A stretch of DNA of 32,000 bases, from NCBI GenBank assembly GCA_041659405.1, contig JBAZYK010000006.1, positions 70,036-102,035 of the forward strand. The letters are read 5' to 3'. Shown here piece after piece: positions 1 to 9,284 of the stretch (its first letter is position 1; each line of letters starts with the position of its first letter). The notes beneath the pieces were generated by a model. That model was not told the origin of the DNA. It was given only the letters and a program-made list of their open reading frames with translations, and ran no database searches. The stretch is from Candidatus Altimarinota bacterium (GTDB lineage: Bacteria; Patescibacteriota; Gracilibacteria; UBA1369). The position numbers and the translations under genes are program-made.

Positions 1-536
1 ACAGAATTCACAACTCCAACAAAATCACGTTTTCCAAGTGGTGGTTTGTAAAAAACCTTCAAATCATTTTGATCCTGCGAACTCTGATTTTGATCCATCA
101 ATGAAATTTTACTAATCTCCAAATCTTCAAATGAACTTATATTCATGGTTTGAACTGAATTTGCGCCACAAGCATCGGCATCATTACCCTGCACAGCGTG
201 ATAAGGATTTATCAAATATTGAACCGGAACGACCGGCTGACCACCCTGACCCTGACCATTTTGAGAATCAGAAACCCGCAAATCTACACCATAACAGGCA
301 ATTCCCGTTTGTGATTTTCCAGCTTCCTGAAATGTCACCAACTGCCCACTTTTAGCTTTCTGTTCCTGTTCTTTAAAAATACTAATAAGCGTATCCACAC
401 CCAATTCCAACTTGGCCTGTTTTCTGGTGGCGGCATAATTACCAACCGCAACCGCACCAATAATGCCAACGATTGTAATCACAACCAGCATTTCTATCAG
501 TGTAAAAGCCTTTCTTGTTTGAGGAGCCTTGCGCAT
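1..536 (-). CDS. Type IV pilin / pseudopilin-like protein; C-terminus runs off the window edge
   Basis: Absent from the ORF track because it is open at the window edge. Reverse translation from the ATG at 536-534 gives MRKAPQTRKAFTLIEMLVVITIVGIIGAVAVGNYAATRKQ... This is the prepilin N-terminal cleavage/methylation motif (A-FTLIEML plus a hydrophobic helix). I hand-translated to position 1 and saw no stop. It lies directly downstream of pilC. Confidence 0.8.
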   Translation of the reverse strand, partial: MRKAPQTRKAFTLIEMLVVITIVGIIGAVAVGNYAATRKQAKLELGVDTLISIFKEQEQKAKSGQLVTFQEAGKSQTGIACYGVDLRVSDSQNGQGQGGQPVVPVQYLINPYHAVQGNDADACGANSVQTMNISSFEDLEISKISLMDQNQSSQDQNDLKVFYKPPLGKRDFVGVVNS

Positions 537-555
537 CGAATCTTAGTACAAAAAA

Positions 556-1806
556 TTAAACCAGCTGACTTAAACGGAAAATCGGAGTAAGAATGGCCAA
601 AGCCAAAATCGCTACAGTCAAGCCAACAAACACGATCATAATTGGCTCAAATAATGAAGTTAAACGCTTCAAAGAATTATCAATTTCAAGATCATACTGC
701 TTGGCGATTTTTCCGGAGATCAAACCAATCGAAGCCGATTGTTCGCCAACCGCCAACATCTGCACAACTGTTTCCGGAAACAAAAAAGGCGTATCCATCA
801 AACTGCTGGAAATTTTTTCACCCTGCTGCACGCGGGAAATCACCTCAAAAACTTTCAAACGATAAAGTTCGCTACTTAATGAAGTCGCCACAATATTTAA
901 AATTTGAACCAAAGGCAAACCGGCTTCAACCAAAATTCCCAACATGCTTACAAAACGCAACACCAGCATGTTTCTAAAAAGTGGTCCCAGAATCGGTAAT
1001 TTCAATTTAAAATAATCCCATTTATAACGACCACTTTCTGTAGTAACTATAATTCTAAAAAGTAAAACGGCTATAATCAGGCCAAAAAGGACGGCCCACC
1101 AATAACCCGCAAAAATCGCACTAATCGTAATCAACAATTTGGTCGCAAACGGAAAATCGGCCTCTTTAAGACCACCTTCCTGCAAAAGATTAACCAGAGT
1201 TGGAATCACCCAAATTAACATTGCGGTAGAAGCCAAAACCAAAACGCCCAAAACCGCTATAGGATAAATAGAAGCGGTCACGAGTTTAATTTGAAGTTCA
1301 TTGGTTTTGCTGAGCTGCTCGGACAAACGAAGTAACATTTTATCCAGATTTCCCGCAGCTTCCCCGGCTTTCACCACACCAACTTCCAGTTCACCAAAAA
1401 CATTTGGAAAACGGGCCATGGATTCCGAAAGCGTTTTACCCTGACTAACGTTATAGGCAATTGTATTCAAAATACGGCGAAGACGTTCACTTTTGGTCCT
1501 ACCGGCAAGCATTTTTAAGCCCTGCATGGTTGGAATTCCGGCATCCACAATCACCGCCAAAAGTTGGAAAAAATAAGCTTTTTCCTGCAACGGCACATGA
1601 CTATGATCAACAAAAAAGTCATTCAAGCGCGTAAAAAGCGAATGCCTGGAAGCGTCATACAAACCATAAATAATTTCAGGCTTAGCGGCAGTCGCCTTGC
1701 TTTGACCGGCTTGCAGATCTTTTAAAACACTCTGCGAAGAACTCGTTGCATTGCTTGTGGCAGCAACAGGCGCTTCGTTCGAATTTGAGAAATTAATTTT
1801 TTCCAT
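556..1806 (-). CDS. pilC: Type IV pilus assembly platform protein PilC (GspF / T2SS-F family)
   Basis: 416-aa ORF with two T2SS-F-like repeats (RLNDFF...QLLAVIVDAGIPTMQGL and LRFVSMLGILVEAGLPLVQIL) and three or more TM segments. It sits between PilO-like and pilin genes. Confidence 0.9.
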   Translation of the reverse strand: MEKINFSNSNEAPVAATSNATSSSQSVLKDLQAGQSKATAAKPEIIYGLYDASRHSLFTRLNDFFVDHSHVPLQEKAYFFQLLAVIVDAGIPTMQGLKMLAGRTKSERLRRILNTIAYNVSQGKTLSESMARFPNVFGELEVGVVKAGEAAGNLDKMLLRLSEQLSKTNELQIKLVTASIYPIAVLGVLVLASTAMLIWVIPTLVNLLQEGGLKEADFPFATKLLITISAIFAGYWWAVLFGLIIAVLLFRIIVTTESGRYKWDYFKLKLPILGPLFRNMLVLRFVSMLGILVEAGLPLVQILNIVATSLSSELYRLKVFEVISRVQQGEKISSSLMDTPFLFPETVVQMLAVGEQSASIGLISGKIAKQYDLEIDNSLKRLTSLFEPIMIVFVGLTVAILALAILTPIFRLSQLV

Positions 1807-1815
1807 AAAGTTTGA

Positions 1816-2373
1816 TTAAATTCGATCCTGATAATAAGTTTCCATGTTCAAATTAAAATTAACGCGGGTCGCACCGGTATCGGTTTTTCCGGTCTGCACC
1901 GTAATTGATTTCACCACCAATTTACGGGTATTCCCTTCAACCGCCCGCAAAAAATCAATCAAAGCGGTATCGCTGCTTGTAACATTAACATTTACAGTCG
2001 CCCTTTTAATTTTATCTTGAGTATTTCCGGCCAAACTAAAGTTCACGCCATTCAAAGTCACGTTGGCTTTTTGGGCAAGATCGGTCAAATCCTGCAAAAG
2101 TTTATCCTGTTCAAAACGCTCGGGAATAGAAGCCAAAGTTGTCTGCTGGCTGACTTCCGAACTTGCATTCAAGCTTTTCTGCAAATCCTGAAGATCCTGA
2201 TATTGCTTGGAGAAAGTATCTTTTTGCTGTTGCAGACTAAAGACCTCGGTTTTCAAGCCGCCCACCTCACTCCAAAGCGGACTAACGTAATAAAGGCCGC
2301 CTCCCAAAATAATCAAAAAAATGATTAAAGTTGGAAGAGCGTAATGTTTTTTGGATGATAAAGTCGTTGTCAT
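1816..2373 (-). CDS. PilO-like pilus biogenesis protein (N-terminal TM helix, coiled coil, C-terminal beta-rich domain)
   Basis: 185 aa. Single TM helix (LPTLIIFLIILGGGLYYV), then a Q/L-rich coiled coil, then a C-terminal domain with the ALIDFLRAVEGNTRKLVVKSITV pattern typical of PilO. Position in the pilus operon agrees. Confidence 0.6.
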   Translation of the reverse strand: MTTTLSSKKHYALPTLIIFLIILGGGLYYVSPLWSEVGGLKTEVFSLQQQKDTFSKQYQDLQDLQKSLNASSEVSQQTTLASIPERFEQDKLLQDLTDLAQKANVTLNGVNFSLAGNTQDKIKRATVNVNVTSSDTALIDFLRAVEGNTRKLVVKSITVQTGKTDTGATRVNFNLNMETYYQDRI

Positions 2374-2410
2374 AAAATTATTAAAATGGAAATTAATTTT
2401 GAGTTTAAGA

Positions 2411-3106
2411 TTATGGCACCAGGGTTTGTGTTAGGGCTGGAGCCACGGTTGGCGTTGCAGCCGGATTTACTGTCGGAGTTCTTGGAACCGGTTTTGGTTG
2501 AATTTGAACCGATTGATCAACTACAGGCGTTAAATTTTCCGGAGCCTGTTCGGTATATGTAACATTGAAAATAAAACTCAAAATGGTTTGGCCGTTATCG
2601 GCAAGGCCTTTAGTAACCGAAGGAATGTAAGCATCCCGGAAATAAGCACTATTGTTAAAAACATTAATAAGCTGAGAAACATCAGCAAATGGAGGAATTA
2701 CGGCCGGAGTTGTTTCCGCGTTAAGCGTCAATTTTCCACCCGCCGCTCCGGAATAAGACAAAAAGTGAATTTTTGAAGCATTGCTAAATGAATCAACCGG
2801 AATATTTTTCTGCAAAGCGCTCAAAACCTTTGACCAGACAATTTCGCTTTTTTGACTTTCAGCGAGCCAATTTTTGGCCAACTGAGCCGCCTCAATCTTT
2901 TTACTCTTCAAATCGTTAATTTGGGTTTGGAGCAAATCGACGTCGGTCTTTATTTGATCGCGCTGCGATACAATTGCCGACTTTTGGAAAAAAAGATAAA
3001 ATCCAGCTGCCGTTAATGAAAGAAGTAGAATAACCCCTAAAACAAGCAATGCCGGACTACTTTTTTGAACCTCGACGATCGAAGCTACCGTTTTTTTTGT
3101 TTCCAT
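2411..3106 (-). CDS. PilN-like fimbrial assembly protein with Pro/Thr-rich tail
   Basis: 231 aa. TM helix (ALLVLGVILLLSLTAAGFYLFF) followed by a coiled coil (DLLQTQINDLKSKKIEAAQLA), placed upstream of the PilO-like gene. The assignment rests on architecture and context only. Confidence 0.5.
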   Translation of the reverse strand: METKKTVASIVEVQKSSPALLVLGVILLLSLTAAGFYLFFQKSAIVSQRDQIKTDVDLLQTQINDLKSKKIEAAQLAKNWLAESQKSEIVWSKVLSALQKNIPVDSFSNASKIHFLSYSGAAGGKLTLNAETTPAVIPPFADVSQLINVFNNSAYFRDAYIPSVTKGLADNGQTILSFIFNVTYTEQAPENLTPVVDQSVQIQPKPVPRTPTVNPAATPTVAPALTQTLVP

Positions 3107-3150
3107 AGGTTTTAGAAAAGGATTAAATCTCTATATAATACCATTTTTCA

Positions 3151-3552
3151 GTGAAAAAATCTACTGCCAAAACTGCTAAAAAGGGTCATCCAAGCAAAAA
3201 ATCGTCTGCCCGGGGTGAAAAAACCACCGAAAGGCGCAATTTCATCCATCTTAACGAGGGATTTAGCTGTGGCAAATGCGGCAAAATGAACCCAAAAGCT
3301 GCAGGAACCTGCCGCAACCATTGCCGATTTTGCCTGTTTTCAAGACATGTCGATGCCAAAGTCCCCGGCGACCGCGCAAGCAAATGCCAAAATTTGATGG
3401 AACCGGTGGCAATCAAAGCCGATGGAAAAAAGGGCTTTCAAATTCTGCATCGTTGCCTTGAATGCGACAAAGAAATCTGGAACAAAAAAGCCGATGACGA
3501 TGAACTTGATGCGATTATCGCTCTTATGCAAAGACAGAACAACTCAAATTAA
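3151..3552 (+). CDS. RNHCP domain-containing zinc-ribbon protein
   Basis: 133 aa with a GTG start. Contains the literal RNHC motif with surrounding Cys pairs (CGKCGK...GTCRNHCRFCLFSRHVD...CLECD) that names the RNHCP family. Confidence 0.7.
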   Translation: MKKSTAKTAKKGHPSKKSSARGEKTTERRNFIHLNEGFSCGKCGKMNPKAAGTCRNHCRFCLFSRHVDAKVPGDRASKCQNLMEPVAIKADGKKGFQILHRCLECDKEIWNKKADDDELDAIIALMQRQNNSN

Positions 3553-3593
3553 AACTTCGGCAAACCAACCGAAAATGTCACAAAAAACTTCTT

Positions 3594-4658
3594 ATGACGG
3601 AAAACGAATTCGAAAAAAATCTGGATACATATCTAAAAAACGGCTCCACCATGATCGTGGGCGTTTCCGGCGGCCCCGATTCGATCTATTTATTAAAGCG
3701 CCTTTTTGACTATTCTCAAAACCACCAACTCAAAATTATTGTTGCCCATGTAAATCATGGTTTGCGCGGTAAAGAAAATCAGATCGAAGAAAAATTCGTC
3801 CAAAATCTGGCAATAAAATATGAATTCCCTTTTGAATCAATCAAACTTCATCTAAAAACCCTGCACGGAAAGAAGCCCACTCCGCCCGCTACAAAAAAAG
3901 AAACTTCATTCGTGGCAAAATCCCAAAAAAACGGGGAAACCAACGGCAATCTGGAAGAAATCGCCCGCCAAAAGCGTTACGCCTTTTTTGAAAAATTGCG
4001 TCAAAAATATGATGCCGATTACGTTATTGTCGCCCATCACCTTAATGACAATATCGAAACCGCCCTTTTTAATCTGATCCGCGGAGCCTCTTTTCAGGGC
4101 ATTAAAGGCATGAAAATGTACAACCACCAAACGCACATTTTAAGACCGCTGCTCAAAATCACCAAAAAAGAAATTCTTGATTTTCTAAAGAAAAACAAAC
4201 TTAAATCTCACTTTGATGAAAGCAACAAGGATCTGCGATTTTCCCGCAACCTTCTGCGCCAAAAAGCCATTCCACTTTTTAATAAAATCAACTCCGGGTT
4301 TGAAAAAACTTTCCAGGAAAATCTTCAAAATTTCACCGAAATTGCCGAATTTATTGAAGAAAAAAGTACAACGTGGCTCCAAAAAAATCTGCAGGATCAA
4401 CGTTTTCCGCTTACAAAGTTTCTTGAACTCCCCTCGTTCCTCCAAAAAAACATTCTCGTCCAGCTTTATCAAACAACTTACGGCTCAACCAACAAACTCA
4501 CACTCCAACAACTTCAGGAAATTTTAAAAGTTTTAAAACTCCAAAAATCCAATCGCAAAAAAGAATTTGGCACCCGATTTTTCATTCAAGTCATCAAAAA
4601 AAACGAAAGCTCCCCGCGTGAAGTTGAACTCAAATTGAAGCCATTGAAAAAAGCTTAA
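3594..4658 (+). CDS. tilS: tRNA(Ile)-lysidine synthetase
   Basis: 354 aa. PP-loop motif [13 protein letters not shown] followed by AHVNHGLRG and [12 protein letters not shown]. Lies immediately upstream of ftsH, a common tilS-ftsH arrangement. Confidence 0.85.
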   Translation: MTENEFEKNLDTYLKNGSTMIVGVSGGPDSIYLLKRLFDYSQNHQLKIIVAHVNHGLRGKENQIEEKFVQNLAIKYEFPFESIKLHLKTLHGKKPTPPATKKETSFVAKSQKNGETNGNLEEIARQKRYAFFEKLRQKYDADYVIVAHHLNDNIETALFNLIRGASFQGIKGMKMYNHQTHILRPLLKITKKEILDFLKKNKLKSHFDESNKDLRFSRNLLRQKAIPLFNKINSGFEKTFQENLQNFTEIAEFIEEKSTTWLQKNLQDQRFPLTKFLELPSFLQKNILVQLYQTTYGSTNKLTLQQLQEILKVLKLQKSNRKKEFGTRFFIQVIKKNESSPREVELKLKPLKKA

Positions 4659-4689
4659 AAAAGTCTACAATAGTGACACCTTAAAAGAT

Positions 4690-6603
4690 ATGCCAATGCT
4701 TAAAATACAAAACCGAAAACCCGGAAACAGTTTCATTTATTTAATAGTAGCCGCTTTAATAATTGCCGCCGCCTTCATTATTTTTAGTCCGGGCAGCAGC
4801 AACATCAAAAAAATCACCCTGGACCAATTCGTTCAGCAGGCCAAAAGTGGTGAAATCGGAAAAATATCCTTAAGCGATAACAAGCTCAACATCACCAGAA
4901 TTGATGATACCAAGGAATATACCTATAAAGAAGGAGGTCAAACCATCAGTGATCTTTTAAAAGACGTACCGGAACAATCCAAAAAAGATATCCAGATTGA
5001 TATTCAGGCACCGGACGGCCAGGACTTTTGGCTAAATCTGATCATCAGCATTTTACCCTTCTTATTAATAGTTGGATTTTTTGCCTTCATGATGCGCCAG
5101 GCGCAAAGCAGCAATAATCAGGCTATGTCTTTTGGTAAAAGCAAAGCCCGCCTTTATGATAAAGATAAACAAAAAACCACTTTTCAGGATGTGGCCGGTG
5201 CCAAAGAAGCCAAAGAAGAATTGATTGAAATTGTCGATTTCCTTAAAAACCCAACCAAATATACGCAAATGGGAGCCAAAATTCCTAAAGGTGTACTTTT
5301 GGTGGGAGCCCCCGGAACAGGTAAAACTTTGCTCGCCCGCGCAGTTGCCGGTGAAGCCAACGTACCTTTCTTTAACATCTCCGGTTCTGAATTTGTAGAA
5401 ATGTTTGTGGGAGTTGGAGCAAGCCGTGTTCGCGACCTGTTTAAAAAAGCAAAACGCAACGCTCCATGTATTATTTTCATTGATGAAATCGATGCCGTTG
5501 GCCGCCAGCGCGGAACAGGACTCGGTGGAGGACATGATGAACGTGAACAAACTTTGAATCAGATTTTGACCGAAATGGATGGTTTTGAAAAAGACACCAA
5601 TGTTATTGTAATGGCTGCCACAAACCGTCCAGACGTTTTGGATCCGGCGCTTCTTCGCCCGGGTCGCTTTGATCGTCGCATTGTTGTGGATGTTCCGGAC
5701 ATGGAAGATCGTGAAGCAATTTTAAAGGTTCACGGCCGCAATAAACCTTTGGCAAAAGAGTGTGATCTTCTGAAAATTGCTCAACACACTCCTGGTTTTG
5801 CCGGTGCCGATCTTGAAAACTTGATGAACGAAGCTGCCATTTTAACCGCTCGCCGTAACAAAAAACAGGTAACCATGTCCGAGCTTGAAGAGTCTATTGA
5901 AAAAGTTATGATGGGCCCGGAACGCAAATCCCGAGTACTTTCAAAAAAAGAAAAAGAGATCACCGCTTATCATGAAACAGGTCATGCTTTGGTGGCTCAA
6001 CTTCTGCCAAATTGCGACCCGGTTCATAAAGTTTCAATCATCTCACGCGGTATGGCTTTGGGTGTTACCTGGTTCTTGCCAGAAGAAGATAAGCACCTTT
6101 ATCTTCGCAGCAAATTTGAAGATGAAATGTGTTCACTTTTAGGTGGATATTTATCTGAAATCGCAATCTTTGGCGAAATGACCACAGGTGCTTCAAATGA
6201 CCTTGAAAGAGCAACTCAAATCGCCCGCAACATGGTTACAAAATATGGTATGAGCAGACTTGGCCCGGTCATTTTTGGTGAGCAGAATCACGAAGTTTTC
6301 TTAGGCCGCGATTTTGGCCATGTCAGAAATTACTCAGAAGAAGTTGCTAAAGAAATCGATGAAGAAGTAAAAGAAATCATCAAAAAAGCCGAAATCAGAA
6401 CAAAGGATATCATCCAAAAACATTTGGATAAAATCCACATCATTGCCAAGTTTTTGATCGAAAAAGAAACTATCAACCGTAAACAATTCCTAAAATTCTT
6501 TGGTGAAAAAGAAGAAAAAGAAATCGAAAAAAAGAAACGCAAAATGGCCGAAATGAACGAGACCGAAGCCACCGAAGAAAAAGCAAAAACCACCGAAAAT
6601 TAA
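4690..6603 (+). CDS. ftsH: ATP-dependent zinc metalloprotease FtsH
   Basis: 637 aa. N-terminal TM helices, AAA+ Walker [19 protein letters not shown], Walker [13 protein letters not shown] region, and zinc site HETGHALV. Confidence 0.97.
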   Translation: MPMLKIQNRKPGNSFIYLIVAALIIAAAFIIFSPGSSNIKKITLDQFVQQAKSGEIGKISLSDNKLNITRIDDTKEYTYKEGGQTISDLLKDVPEQSKKDIQIDIQAPDGQDFWLNLIISILPFLLIVGFFAFMMRQAQSSNNQAMSFGKSKARLYDKDKQKTTFQDVAGAKEAKEELIEIVDFLKNPTKYTQMGAKIPKGVLLVGAPGTGKTLLARAVAGEANVPFFNISGSEFVEMFVGVGASRVRDLFKKAKRNAPCIIFIDEIDAVGRQRGTGLGGGHDEREQTLNQILTEMDGFEKDTNVIVMAATNRPDVLDPALLRPGRFDRRIVVDVPDMEDREAILKVHGRNKPLAKECDLLKIAQHTPGFAGADLENLMNEAAILTARRNKKQVTMSELEESIEKVMMGPERKSRVLSKKEKEITAYHETGHALVAQLLPNCDPVHKVSIISRGMALGVTWFLPEEDKHLYLRSKFEDEMCSLLGGYLSEIAIFGEMTTGASNDLERATQIARNMVTKYGMSRLGPVIFGEQNHEVFLGRDFGHVRNYSEEVAKEIDEEVKEIIKKAEIRTKDIIQKHLDKIHIIAKFLIEKETINRKQFLKFFGEKEEKEIEKKKRKMAEMNETEATEEKAKTTEN

Positions 6604-6615
6604 AAAAACATCCGT

Positions 6616-6693
6616 GTTCAGTTTATGGAATATTATTTGAACACACAGGGCCCCTACCCCGGATGTGTTCAAATAATATTCCATAAACTGAAC
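6616..6693. repeat. Palindromic element copy A: perfect 30-bp inverted repeat with 18-nt loop
   Basis: Arm 6616-6645 (GTTCAGTTTATGGAATATTATTTGAACACA) is the exact reverse complement of arm 6664-6693. The loop CAGGGCCCCTACCCCGGA is the reverse complement of the loop in copies B and C. Confidence 0.9.
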
Positions 6694-6713
6694 AATCATT
6701 AATCACTAATTAA

Positions 6714-7217
6714 ATGAGAAAGCTTGTTGCAACAGCTTCTGTTCAAACCCAAAATAAACGTGTTTCCCCTGCTTCCACACGGAATGCAGCCGGCGCGCCA
6801 AGAACGGCTTCAAGAAACGCCATAGTAAGTGGAGCTTCCGGTTCCTCACCTTTTACCAATGCACCTTTAACCGCAAGCTCGGAAGAAGGCCAGTTGGCCC
6901 TGGACGTGTATCAAACTCCTACGGAAATTATAGTCATGGCGCCAATTGCCGGCGTAAAACTTTCCGATTTGAATGTAACAATGACCGAAGACGTACTGAC
7001 TATTAAAGGAAATCGTTATCTCGAATTTGATATTCCCGAACAAGACTATTTAACCCAGGAATGTTTTTGGGGCGACTTCAGCCGATCAATCGTTCTACCG
7101 GCATCGGTCGATTCCACCAAAATCAACGCCAGCTTCAAAGACGGCGTCCTAAAAGTCTCAATCCCCAGAACCGAACCAACAAAAACGAAGATAATACGAA
7201 TTAAAACCGACTTATAA
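6714..7217 (+). CDS. Small heat-shock protein, Hsp20 / alpha-crystallin family
   Basis: 167 aa. Alpha-crystallin domain pattern LALDVYQTPTEIIVMAPIAGVKLSDLNVTMTEDVLTIKGNR...GDFSRSIVLPASVDSTKINASFKDGVLKVSIPR. Confidence 0.9.
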   Translation: MRKLVATASVQTQNKRVSPASTRNAAGAPRTASRNAIVSGASGSSPFTNAPLTASSEEGQLALDVYQTPTEIIVMAPIAGVKLSDLNVTMTEDVLTIKGNRYLEFDIPEQDYLTQECFWGDFSRSIVLPASVDSTKINASFKDGVLKVSIPRTEPTKTKIIRIKTDL

Positions 7218-7246
7218 CGAATTATAAAAAAAATAATTATAAGCGT

Positions 7247-7328
7247 GTATTCGGATTGTAAGAATATTTCTGAACACATCCGGGGTAGGGGCCCTGTGTG
7301 TGAAGGAATATTGTTACAATCTGAATAC
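7247..7328. repeat. Palindromic element copy B (imperfect about 32-bp arms, same loop as A in opposite orientation)
   Basis: The left arm GTATTCGGATTGTAAGAATATTTCTGAACACA pairs with the right arm TGTGTGAAGGAATATTGTTACAATCTGAATAC, with G-T wobbles and a GAA/GAA mismatch block. The loop is TCCGGGGTAGGGGCCCTG. Confidence 0.85.
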
Positions 7329-7391
7329 CACCTGAACACAATCCGGGGTAGGGGCCCTGTGTGCGAAGGGGTACTTCTATATTCTGAACAC
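7329..7391. repeat. Palindromic element copy C (truncated arms) plus a third partial CTGAACAC motif
   Basis: The core at 7333-7367, TGAACACAATCCGGGGTAGGGGCCCTGTGTGCGAA, is nearly identical to the copy B core at 7271-7304. CTGAACAC recurs at 7384-7391. Confidence 0.75.
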
Positions 7392-7400
7392 CCCCCTACT

Positions 7401-8267
7401 ATGAAGATTAGAAAAGCTGTTTTCCCCGCCGCCGGTTTCGGCACCCGTTTCCTCCCCGTCACCAAATCGCAACCCAAAGAAATGTTGCCGATTGTGGATA
7501 AACCGGTCATCCAATATCTGGTTGAAGAAGCCGTTGCGTCCGGAATTGAAGAAATTATTATTGTCACCGGCCGCGGTAAACGTTCCATTGAAGATCATTT
7601 TGATTATTCTTTCGAGCTTGAGCACACGCTGGTTGAAAAGGGCAAACACTCACTTTTAAAAGAAGTCCGTGCCATTTCCAAACTGGCCAAGTTTATCTAT
7701 GTGCGCCAGCCTATGCCGCTTGGTGATGGCCACGCCATCCTTTGCGCCAAGGAAGTTGTTGGCAATGAACCTTTCGCCGTTCTTTTTGGAGATGACATTG
7801 TGGATTACAAAGTTCCGGCCTTAAAACAGCTGATTGATGTTTATAATAAGACCGGCTGCAGCGTCCTTGGGCTCCAAGAAATCGACCCAAAAGAAAGTGA
7901 AAACTACGGCATGATCAAAGCAAAAAAAGGTTCAAGCCATGATCGTCTATGTGAAATTGAAAAGCTTGTTGAAAAACCAAGTCCGGAAAAAGCTCCTTCC
8001 AATCTTGGAATTATCGGAAAATATATAGTAACACCGGAAATCATTGAGGCTCTGGAAAAGGCCAAACCAAGCCACGGAGGTGAAATAAGACTCATTGACG
8101 GGTTTTCCCAACTCCTCAAAAAACAAAAAATTTACGGCTACGAAATCATGGGAAAAAGATATGACACCGGCACCAAAATGGGGCTCATCACCGCCACCAT
8201 CGATTTTGCCCTAAAGCGCAAAGACCTTGGCCCGGAACTTAGAAAATACCTAAAAAGCCTAGAGTAA
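7401..8267 (+). CDS. galU: UTP-glucose-1-phosphate uridylyltransferase
   Basis: From the ATG at 7401: MKIRKAVFPAAGFGTRFLPVTKSQPKEMLPIVDKPVIQYLVEEA, the canonical GalU N-terminus. The track ORF starts at 7245, but its extra 52 codons read through palindromic elements B and C. Confidence 0.92.
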   Translation: MKIRKAVFPAAGFGTRFLPVTKSQPKEMLPIVDKPVIQYLVEEAVASGIEEIIIVTGRGKRSIEDHFDYSFELEHTLVEKGKHSLLKEVRAISKLAKFIYVRQPMPLGDGHAILCAKEVVGNEPFAVLFGDDIVDYKVPALKQLIDVYNKTGCSVLGLQEIDPKESENYGMIKAKKGSSHDRLCEIEKLVEKPSPEKAPSNLGIIGKYIVTPEIIEALEKAKPSHGGEIRLIDGFSQLLKKQKIYGYEIMGKRYDTGTKMGLITATIDFALKRKDLGPELRKYLKSLE

Positions 8268-8387
8268 AAACCTCTAAAGCTGCAAAATCAGCCCAAAACC
8301 GGCAAAATAAACGCCTTAAACTTCGTGGTTGAGTTTTTAGGCGTTTTCAGCTATAATGTTCGGATAACAAAAATAAAAACAAACAAT

Positions 8388-8996
8388 ATGATGAAGGAAC
8401 AAACCCCGCTTAATCCTTTGTTGGAGGAGGCCGAACAAAAAAAGTTAAAGGGTGAACATTTGGAAGCCATCAAGGTTTGTGAAAAAATCCTGATCAATGA
8501 TTTGGATTGCATTGAAGCCTACGAAGAAATTGGCGACAACTATTTAAGTCTGCGCCAGTACGACAAGGCCAAGAAAGCCCTTGCCAGAGCCATTCATCTT
8601 GATGCCCGCAGTGCCAACGCCAATTATCTTTCGGGCTTTGTTTTTTCCGCGATCGGCAACTTTAAAAAATCAATTGAATACCTTGAACGTGCCGATGAAA
8701 TCCAACCAAATCATCCGGAAATTTTACGTTGTCTGGGTTGGTCAATTTTTCATGATGGCCAACGCAAACGCGGCGTGATCCTTTTGGAAAGAGCTTTGAA
8801 TTTAAAGAAAGATGATCCATTAATTTTAAGCGATTTGGGAATTTGCTATTTAAATGACAAGAATTTTGACCGTTCATCTGTGCTTTTCAAACGCGTGCTG
8901 GAAATCGAACCACAAAACGAAAAAGCCCGCGAATGCCTAAACGCCGTCAGATTCTTCCAAAAAGAATTCAAAAAGTTCCGACAGGAGAATAGCTAA
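8388..8996 (+). CDS. Tetratricopeptide (TPR) repeat protein
   Basis: Repeated TPR-like units (AYEEIGDNYLSLRQYDKAKKALARAI, ANYLSGFVFSAIGNFKKSIEYLERA, etc.). I prefer the in-frame ATG at 8388 (MMKEQ...) to the GTG at 8325. Confidence 0.8.
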   Translation: MMKEQTPLNPLLEEAEQKKLKGEHLEAIKVCEKILINDLDCIEAYEEIGDNYLSLRQYDKAKKALARAIHLDARSANANYLSGFVFSAIGNFKKSIEYLERADEIQPNHPEILRCLGWSIFHDGQRKRGVILLERALNLKKDDPLILSDLGICYLNDKNFDRSSVLFKRVLEIEPQNEKARECLNAVRFFQKEFKKFRQENS

Positions 8997-9023
8997 ACTC
9001 ACTCCGCTCGCGATAACAGGATT

Positions 9024-9284
9024 TCACAATCCTTCATAAATATCCTTACGATGCCTGGCATAAATAAGGATAATTTTTTGCTTTTCCAGTTTAAAAACCA
9101 GGCGATAATCACCAATTCTAAATCTAAAAACATCTTTATATCCCTTGAGTTTTTTGGCAAACAACAAAGGGTTTTCAGTCTTTATCAAAAAACTCAGTTT
9201 TTCTTTTATTCTCGGCTGAAGACTTTTCTCCAGTTTATTAAAATCATCAACAAAATCTTTAGTGGTGATAAATTCGTACATCAA
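9024..9284 (-). CDS. Type II toxin, RelE/ParE family
   Basis: 86 aa. Contains KGYKDVFRFRIGDYRLVFKLEKQKIILIYARHRKDIYE, the typical RelE/ParE core. The start codon abuts the stop of the upstream antitoxin ORF. Confidence 0.85.
   Translation of the reverse strand: MMYEFITTKDFVDDFNKLEKSLQPRIKEKLSFLIKTENPLLFAKKLKGYKDVFRFRIGDYRLVFKLEKQKIILIYARHRKDIYEGL

Noticed and set aside
131-355. 74-aa plus-strand ORF (His/Pro-rich)
   Set aside because: It is antisense to the pilin gene, which has a clear prepilin motif, and it has the compositional look of a shadow ORF. The same reasoning applies to the many 60-160-aa antisense ORFs inside pilC, ftsH, secA, ftsK, gltX, galE and pta.
6631-6678. CIRCE/HAIR-type heat-shock operator between ftsH and hsp20
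   Set aside because: TTGAACACA-N18-TGTGTTCAA matches neither the CIRCE consensus (TTAGCACTC-N9-GAGTGCTAA) nor HAIR. The same core also precedes galU and a PHP gene. I kept it only as an alternative hypothesis within a finding.
7269-7391. Possible mini-CRISPR array: two 37-38-bp near-identical repeats plus a partial third
   Set aside because: There are only two full repeats. The would-be spacers (25 and 14 nt) are complementary to sequence on the other side of each repeat, so they are hairpin arms. The same core occurs singly elsewhere, and no cas genes are in the window.
7245-7400. N-terminal 52-codon extension of the galU ORF containing the repeated peptide RGRGPVCEG
   Set aside because: The repeated peptide is simply the translation of palindromic elements B and C. 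The canonical GalU N-terminus (MKIRKAVFPAAGFGTRF) begins at the ATG at 7401.
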